This document shows positions 6,782-12,393 of a stretch of DNA of 12,393 bases, in pieces (position 1 is the first letter of the stretch; the number at the start of each line of letters is the position of its first letter). Below the pieces are notes generated by a model. It had not been told where the DNA came from and did not search any database. It saw only the letters and a program-made list of their open reading frames with translations. Source of the DNA: Prevotella sp. (lineage in GTDB: Bacteria > Bacteroidota > Bacteroidia > Bacteroidales > Dysgonomonadaceae); assembly GCA_031285625.1 (NCBI GenBank), contig JAITVV010000082.1:1-12393 (forward strand), read 5' to 3'. The position numbers and the translations under genes were made by a program.

Positions 6782-7246
6782 TTTGCCATTATGTTTTGCC
6801 TGAAATAACTTTCGCACCTTGCAGGTATCGTTTTGCAAGCACAGTTTGAAAGGCTTAGAATCGAAACCGCGTAAAAATCTGAAAATCAATATATCAAAGA
6901 ACATTCCGAAATTAAGTTATATAGTAGAACTCCTATATAATCTAATTAGAACTTAACAGCCCTGCCCCTTCGGGGGGCTCAGACGGAGCTTGACGCAGGC
7001 GGAATGAACGGTAAAATATCCCGGTAACGGATATGGACGGAGATGCAGGCGGGACAGGTTTCCCCATGTAGTGATTTATCGGGTCTGTGAAACGCAGGGT
7101 AGCGGACCGGATAAGTCACCGGTAGAGTCGAAGCTTCAGGGCTGATGGGCGGGAGAACTGCAACTGCTCCGGATAGTTATATCCAGGTGCATTTTTTTAT
7201 AGAAAAAATGCATTTATATGTTATTAAACACAATATATACCTGCTT

Positions 7247-7254
7247 TAATTTTG
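7247..7254 (+). promoter_or_regulatory. Candidate -7 element (TAATTTTG) for the secreted-protein operon
   Basis: Matches TAnnTTTG ~105 nt upstream of ATG 7360, but the region is AT-rich so a chance match is possible. Confidence 0.4.
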
Positions 7255-7359
7255 TGAGAATAACTTAATTTTATTAAAATCTTAACATTGTGAGATGTTA
7301 TTTAATTCAAAAATCAATACACAATCATATAATATAAACGAATAATAACCTTAGATCCA

Positions 7360-8385
7360 ATGAAAACAGGAGCATTAACTGTATTAATGTCCGTGGGCTT
7401 TGTATTGCCTGTACTCGGACAACTGAACACCCTGCACAACCATTACCGTCCAGGTGATGTGTTAATCAAGCAACAAGTAGAGTTTATCAATCCCGGACAA
7501 TCAGGGGCTAACAGGCTCTGGGATTTAAGTAAACTCAAAACCGTTAATGAAGAATATACACTCCGGTATGACTTGCCTCCCCTGGAAGGGGACAGTATTT
7601 ATATATTGGGAGATAAACGCTATCTGAAGAAAAAGGTTGCGGACAACGAACTGATAGTAGGTAGCGAACATAACACGATGTATTACTACCGGCTAACCAA
7701 TGATTCCCTGCTGCAACAAGGCCATGAGAATCCTTCAGTTGTATTGGAATACACTAAACCGATGATCCTGATGTCTTTTCCTCTAAATTACGGACAAACC
7801 ACCATGTCCAGCTATCAATCCGAAGGGCTTTACTCAGGCACGGTGAATATACAGACAGAAGGAACAATGACTACCGCGGCCGATGCTTATGGAAAAATGA
7901 TACTGCCTCCAGGAGATACCCTTAGTCCGGTATTGAGGGTTAAGACTGTACAAACCATCTTCGATATACCAACCGGAGACAGTTATACCATGGATGAAAC
8001 AAATAATGCAGGCAAGCAGCTGGAAACCTGCCGCTGGTATAGCAAAGGCTACCGTTACCCTGTTTTCGAAACAATCAGGAATATCAACCTTTCGGACAGC
8101 ACGGAGATATTTAAAACAGCCTTTTTCTTCCCCCCGCAAGACCATTTGTATCTGGATACCGATCCGGAGAACCAGGCCCTGCTGGATGAACTGTGGAAAG
8201 ATACGGAAAACGACACGACAACTATAGACAATGAACAAAGCAAAACAGTCATGCTGGAAGATATCATGTCCTGCAAAATGTATCCGAATCCTGTCGAATC
8301 ATACCTGAACCTGGAATATGAATTGAAAGAAGATGCTAAGGTTTCTTTTGAATTGTATTCGTTAGATGGTATGCCTGTCAAGTAA
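7360..8385 (+). CDS. Exported protein with a partial T9SS type A sorting domain (CTD truncated)
   Basis: Signal-peptide-like N-terminus ending VLG-Q. C-terminal MYPNPVESYLNLEY...ELYSLDG motif followed by a stop four residues after LDG. Confidence 0.8.
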   Translation: MKTGALTVLMSVGFVLPVLGQLNTLHNHYRPGDVLIKQQVEFINPGQSGANRLWDLSKLKTVNEEYTLRYDLPPLEGDSIYILGDKRYLKKKVADNELIVGSEHNTMYYYRLTNDSLLQQGHENPSVVLEYTKPMILMSFPLNYGQTTMSSYQSEGLYSGTVNIQTEGTMTTAADAYGKMILPPGDTLSPVLRVKTVQTIFDIPTGDSYTMDETNNAGKQLETCRWYSKGYRYPVFETIRNINLSDSTEIFKTAFFFPPQDHLYLDTDPENQALLDELWKDTENDTTTIDNEQSKTVMLEDIMSCKMYPNPVESYLNLEYELKEDAKVSFELYSLDGMPVK

Positions 8386-8397
8386 AAGGATAAAGAT

Positions 8398-11300
8398 ATG
8401 AGAAAATATATTGTACTTGGTTTACTGACTCTTTCTTATCTATTGGTATATGGGCAAAACGAAAGAGAGGGTGTAAATATTTCAAGTATTGCCCCTCAGT
8501 TCATATCGCCACAGGTAGCCGATATGATTCGTTATGACAACACGCCTGTATCCCTTAATTCCGGCAGGGTGGATTTACAAATCCCTGTACTGAATAAATT
8601 TTCCGATAAGGATTTCAGCTTTCCCATTTCTTTAAGCTATAATTCTTCCGGATTTAAGCCGAGCGAGCCGGAAGGTAATGTAGGGCTCCACTGGTCATTA
8701 ATAGCCGGAGGAACCATATACAGGGAAGTAAGGGGAGTCCCGGATGACTATGACGGGACATGGTGTGACCAAGAAGCACATCATATTCGGGGATTTTTGC
8801 GTTTAGCCAAAGACTATACTACCGGAACTACCGCCCAATCGATGTTTGAGAATCCTACTGGTAATATATCTCATGATTATTGGTTAAACATAGCTACATT
8901 AAAGGATACTGAAAAAATAGAAGCCTCTTCCGATATCTACCGGTTTAGTTTTGGAAACCATTCCGGCAAGTTTATTATTGATTTTGACGGATTAACAAAA
9001 TCTGTGGCATATTCAGGGGGCAAGGTCAAGGTTGATATATCAGGTTATTACCTTGTAAACAATGTCCAGAGTGATAATAGCGGAAAATCAGAGATAAGGA
9101 TAACTACGGATGATGGATATATTTATTGTTTTGGCGGCAGTTACAGTGCGATGGAATATACGGCATTTACATGGGATGAAAGATTGACTGTTTCAGGAAT
9201 AGCAGGTGCAAATCCTCCAAATCAGGCTGTTGATAATATAATGAGGCATAATACCGTAAATGCATTTCAACTGTATAAAATTATAGCGCCGAATGGCCGT
9301 ATATTAAAAATCAACTATAAGACCTATGCAGATAACAAAACGTCTCCGACGAATGCCGGCAGGAGTTATCATGCAGTACCCTGGGATTTATATAATTACT
9401 CGTATGAGGATAATAATAAAGAATTACAAATGTGCTATTTGTTAAGGCAATCAAAATATGGATACGGAAATAATATATTTGAAACCATGGCTTTAAATAA
9501 GATAGCGTTGATAGAATCAATAGAACTGGATGATAAAATCGTTAAATTTTACCATTCACATAAAACAAGCACAATGTACGAAACGAGTGCTATTAAAGAT
9601 TTTATTTTCGGAAGGAAAACCGGAGCCCAATTAGATTCGGTATGCTTATATCTGAAAGACAACACTAAACAGACAAGAATAGAATCAACCGGTTTTAGCT
9701 ACATCCAGCAAGGCAGAAGGCAATTTTTAGAGCAGCTAAACAACTCAATAACTGGGAAATACAAATTCTCATATAATTCGCAAGGTAATACTATCAGCCC
9801 TCTTACCATAGACTACGATCACTGGGGGTATTGGAATGGCACTGGAACAAATTCCAGTTTGGTAATCAATACTTTGTATGACCGGGAATTATATGATTTT
9901 CAGTATGGGAACCGGAGGCCGGCGAGTACAGATATAGAAAGCAGCGCCACATTACTAAATGAAATCACTTATCCGACAGGCGGATATAAAAAATTTATAT
10001 ATGAACGGCATGAATGCCTGTATGCACTCGAACTTGATCTTTTCACTGCTTCGGTATCAATACCCCGGATGCGTTCGCACGGAACACGGAAAGTAGGGGG
10101 AAGCAGGATTAAACAAATCATATCATATGATAATAACGGGCCGGAGCAGACCAAAGACTATATCTATGCAATATCTCCTCTTAAAGATGACGGGACATAT
10201 ATAAGCAGTGGAGAATTAATGCATGTCCCTCTTTATACTTTTCCTTTCCAAAATGATTACAATTCCGGGTCAAACTACTCTCCTTTTCTATCTCCTTCTT
10301 CCAGTTATGGGTTTAATGAACGCCCTTATGATACGGACCATGTCCGTTATAAATCGGTATTGGAATACAACAACCTAAAGCGGACACACCATAAAGTAAA
10401 TGACGAAACAATAGGCAAAGGGATTTCGCCTTCAGATGCTATAAGGAAAGCTACATTAAAAGTAAATACAAAAGACGTACCGCAAACATGGGTGATTAAC
10501 GGTCGGGGGAAAGGACAGTTTTTTGGACAAGCCGGAACAGCTTCCATTCGAATATCAGAAGCTAATAGCAATAAACCGGTCATGACTTATTATTTCTATG
10601 GCGGTACATATACTAATGGTTATTCGGGAGACCCTCTTTATGGAACGAGCACGCAAGACCGGCGGTTAAGGTTAAATGCAAATACGGATTATATAATTGA
10701 AATTGAATGTATCGGTCCGGCAGACATGCAAAACGGCGCTTACGCGACAGCGAATATAACTTACAAGACAGGTTATGAGTACGATACGGTAGAACCGGAT
10801 CAGTATAAGCAGATAATATTCACCTGTTATGGAAATGCTGTGGAAAGTTCCAATCCCGACGATTATAATAATGATAAATTGTATACGAATGATATCATAA
10901 TTAATGGAAAATGGATAGGAGGAATTAATGATCCGATTATAGATAACCTATACAGGTCAATAACTAAAAAGCCTCAGGACCGTTCCGTAGAGAGAGGTAA
11001 AATCAAAGAAGAAAAATATTACTCAAAAGACAGGCAGCTGGTAAAAAATACAATCTATGAATACAGGCCTATGGATAATAATATACTCGGTAATTACAGT
11101 GTTTATGTAAATACACCATCTTTTTTCATGAATACTAAAATGGGTTATTATTCACAGGTAAATAAAGAATATTTTTACCAATACTATTTGGCATCTCAGA
11201 AAACAACAGAATATCGGCAAAATTCCAATATATTGGAAACATTAGAAACATACAGTTATGACGTAAACGGGGACTATATTAAAGAAAAGAGTGTAAAAAA

Positions 11301-11958
11301 CAGTAACGGAGTTACCACGAAAGTAAATTATTCCTATCCTTTTGATAAAATCGGAACAATCTATAACGAAATGGTAAAGGCCAATATCGTTGCGCCTGTT
11401 ATTGATAAAACGGTTGCAACAGGGAATAGCATACAACAAATCATTACCGACTATCAAAAAGATGCCGTGAAAACCAAAAACCTGATTTTGCCGAAATCCG
11501 TAACGACCAAAATAAATACAAATAGTAGAGTTGATTTAGCCTATGATTTATACGATGGTAAGGGCAATATCCAACAAATAACAGGACTGGATGGTATACC
11601 TGTTGTTTACCTCTGGTCCTACAATTACCAATACCCAATAGCCGAAATAAAGAATGCCACATTAACCGAAGTTACAGCCGTTCTTAGTTCCGTATTCGGA
11701 GTGTCTACAGCCGATGCCTTATCCGCATTGACCACCCCTAATGAGGCCAAACTAAAAGATGGCAGTTTACAGAAAGCGTTACCCAATGCCCTTGTCACCA
11801 CCTACACCTACAAACCATTAGTAGGCATACTGACAGCTACCGACTCGGCAGGGTTGACCACTACTTACGAATACGATACCTTTGGGCGGCTGATACGAAT
11901 TAAAGACCCGGCAGGAAAAATCATTCAGTCATATAACTATCACTATCAAAACCAATAA
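8398..11958 (+). CDS. Large exported YD/RHS-repeat protein, Bacteroidota type (TcB/SpvB-like shell component), 1186 aa
   Basis: Signal peptide (VYG-Q). N-terminal PVSLNSGRVDLQIP...PISLSYNSSG...VGLHWSLIAGGTIYREVRGVPDD; central DHWGYWNG, ITYPTGG, VGGSRIKQI; C-terminal TTYTYKPLVG...TTYEYDTFGRL. No RHS-core DPxG motif or toxin tip seen. Confidence 0.85.
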   Translation: MRKYIVLGLLTLSYLLVYGQNEREGVNISSIAPQFISPQVADMIRYDNTPVSLNSGRVDLQIPVLNKFSDKDFSFPISLSYNSSGFKPSEPEGNVGLHWSLIAGGTIYREVRGVPDDYDGTWCDQEAHHIRGFLRLAKDYTTGTTAQSMFENPTGNISHDYWLNIATLKDTEKIEASSDIYRFSFGNHSGKFIIDFDGLTKSVAYSGGKVKVDISGYYLVNNVQSDNSGKSEIRITTDDGYIYCFGGSYSAMEYTAFTWDERLTVSGIAGANPPNQAVDNIMRHNTVNAFQLYKIIAPNGRILKINYKTYADNKTSPTNAGRSYHAVPWDLYNYSYEDNNKELQMCYLLRQSKYGYGNNIFETMALNKIALIESIELDDKIVKFYHSHKTSTMYETSAIKDFIFGRKTGAQLDSVCLYLKDNTKQTRIESTGFSYIQQGRRQFLEQLNNSITGKYKFSYNSQGNTISPLTIDYDHWGYWNGTGTNSSLVINTLYDRELYDFQYGNRRPASTDIESSATLLNEITYPTGGYKKFIYERHECLYALELDLFTASVSIPRMRSHGTRKVGGSRIKQIISYDNNGPEQTKDYIYAISPLKDDGTYISSGELMHVPLYTFPFQNDYNSGSNYSPFLSPSSSYGFNERPYDTDHVRYKSVLEYNNLKRTHHKVNDETIGKGISPSDAIRKATLKVNTKDVPQTWVINGRGKGQFFGQAGTASIRISEANSNKPVMTYYFYGGTYTNGYSGDPLYGTSTQDRRLRLNANTDYIIEIECIGPADMQNGAYATANITYKTGYEYDTVEPDQYKQIIFTCYGNAVESSNPDDYNNDKLYTNDIIINGKWIGGINDPIIDNLYRSITKKPQDRSVERGKIKEEKYYSKDRQLVKNTIYEYRPMDNNILGNYSVYVNTPSFFMNTKMGYYSQVNKEYFYQYYLASQKTTEYRQNSNILETLETYSYDVNGDYIKEKSVKNSNGVTTKVNYSYPFDKIGTIYNEMVKANIVAPVIDKTVATGNSIQQIITDYQKDAVKTKNLILPKSVTTKINTNSRVDLAYDLYDGKGNIQQITGLDGIPVVYLWSYNYQYPIAEIKNATLTEVTAVLSSVFGVSTADALSALTTPNEAKLKDGSLQKALPNALVTTYTYKPLVGILTATDSAGLTTTYEYDTFGRLIRIKDPAGKIIQSYNYHYQNQ

Positions 11959-11968
11959 ACATACTACT

Positions 11969-12393
11969 ATGAGAAAAATAACTTTATTAATAATTGCTTT
12001 ACTTGCAGTAACAGCAGTTGCTCTTGCACAGAATCAAACTATAAACGGCAACCTTCATGTAGAAGGCGATATATACAGTAAAAACTGGGTCAGGGTAAAC
12101 GGTAACCAAGGACTCTATTTTCAGTCCTGGGGCGGTGGCTTTTATATGTTGGATGCCAATTGGATAAGAACTTATGGCAATAAGGGTTTCTACCACAATA
12201 CCGGAATAATGCGTACAGATGGGATATTCCATGTCGGCCCGGACGGAAACCGACTGATTGTCAATACGAATGGCAATATCGGTATCGGAACATCTAATCC
12301 CCGGGCTCTTCTTGATATAGGCAATTTATCCCGTAATAAGTTGAAATCCGTACTGGCACGCAGCGATGAAGGAAATAACGATGGAGAAGGAAC
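11969..12393 (+). CDS. Exported tail-fibre/PilV-like protein, partial (runs off the window)
   Basis: Manual translation: MRKITLLIIALLAVTAVALA-QNQTINGNLHVEGDIYSKNWVRVNGNQGLYFQSWGGGFYMLDANWIRTYGNKGFYHNTG...NTNGNIGIGTSNPRALLDIG..., open to the window end. Starts 10 nt after the upstream stop. Absent from the ORF track. Confidence 0.85.
   Translation, partial: MRKITLLIIALLAVTAVALAQNQTINGNLHVEGDIYSKNWVRVNGNQGLYFQSWGGGFYMLDANWIRTYGNKGFYHNTGIMRTDGIFHVGPDGNRLIVNTNGNIGIGTSNPRALLDIGNLSRNKLKSVLARSDEGNNDGEG

Larger units (their letters stand above)
5634..6964 (+). mobile_element. ISAs1-family insertion sequence, 1331 bp
   Basis: Perfect 22-bp TIRs CAGGGCTGTTAAGTTCTAATTA (5634-5655) and its reverse complement (6943-6964). 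11-bp flanking direct repeat with one mismatch: CCCCTTCAGGG (5623-5633) / CCCCTTCGGGG (6965-6975). Confidence 0.93.

Noticed and set aside
541-11662. Short alternative-frame and antisense ORFs in the track (e.g. 944-1222, 2255-3027 set, 4313-4837, 7834-8381 set, 9311-11662 set)
   Set aside because: They shadow well-supported genes and show no motifs.
8398-11958. Complete RHS toxin with C-terminal effector
   Set aside because: The protein ends right after the last YD repeat, with no DPxG cleavage motif or variable tip.
11999-12232. 77-aa minus-strand ORF
   Set aside because: It is antisense to the better-supported plus-strand gene starting at 11969.
11969-12393. A true shufflon (invertible PilV system)
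   Set aside because: Only a protein motif resembles PilV. No sfx-like repeats, Rci recombinase or type IV pilus genes are in the window.

Overview
Bacteroidota-type DNA, judged from TAnnTTTG -7 promoter motifs, AT-rich leaders and a T9SS C-terminal-domain motif. Bases ~1-7,000 are a cluster of decayed, partly nested insertion sequences: an IS5-family (DUF4096-type) pseudogene, a second IS5-family (ISL2-like, DDE_Tnp_4) element, an ISAzo13 fragment, an IS110 element apparently inserted in the leader of an IS21 istA gene, a deleted IS21 with an in-frame istA-istB fusion, and an ISAs1 with perfect 22-bp TIRs inserted in a small palindrome. Bases ~7,360-12,393 are a + strand operon of exported proteins: a T9SS-cargo-like protein with a truncated CTD, a 1186-aa YD/RHS shell-type protein, and the start of a signal-peptide-bearing protein with PilV/phage tail-fibre motifs that the ORF track missed. 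The best leads are (i) the structured ~390-nt IS110 3' non-coding region, a bridge-RNA candidate with a sense-folding domain and an antisense-folding domain that has its own promoter motif; (ii) the T9SS/YD-RHS/tail-fibre operon; and (iii) a ~250-nt imperfect palindrome with Frpo-like ssDNA-promoter architecture. All family calls come from motif recognition by eye, not database searches.
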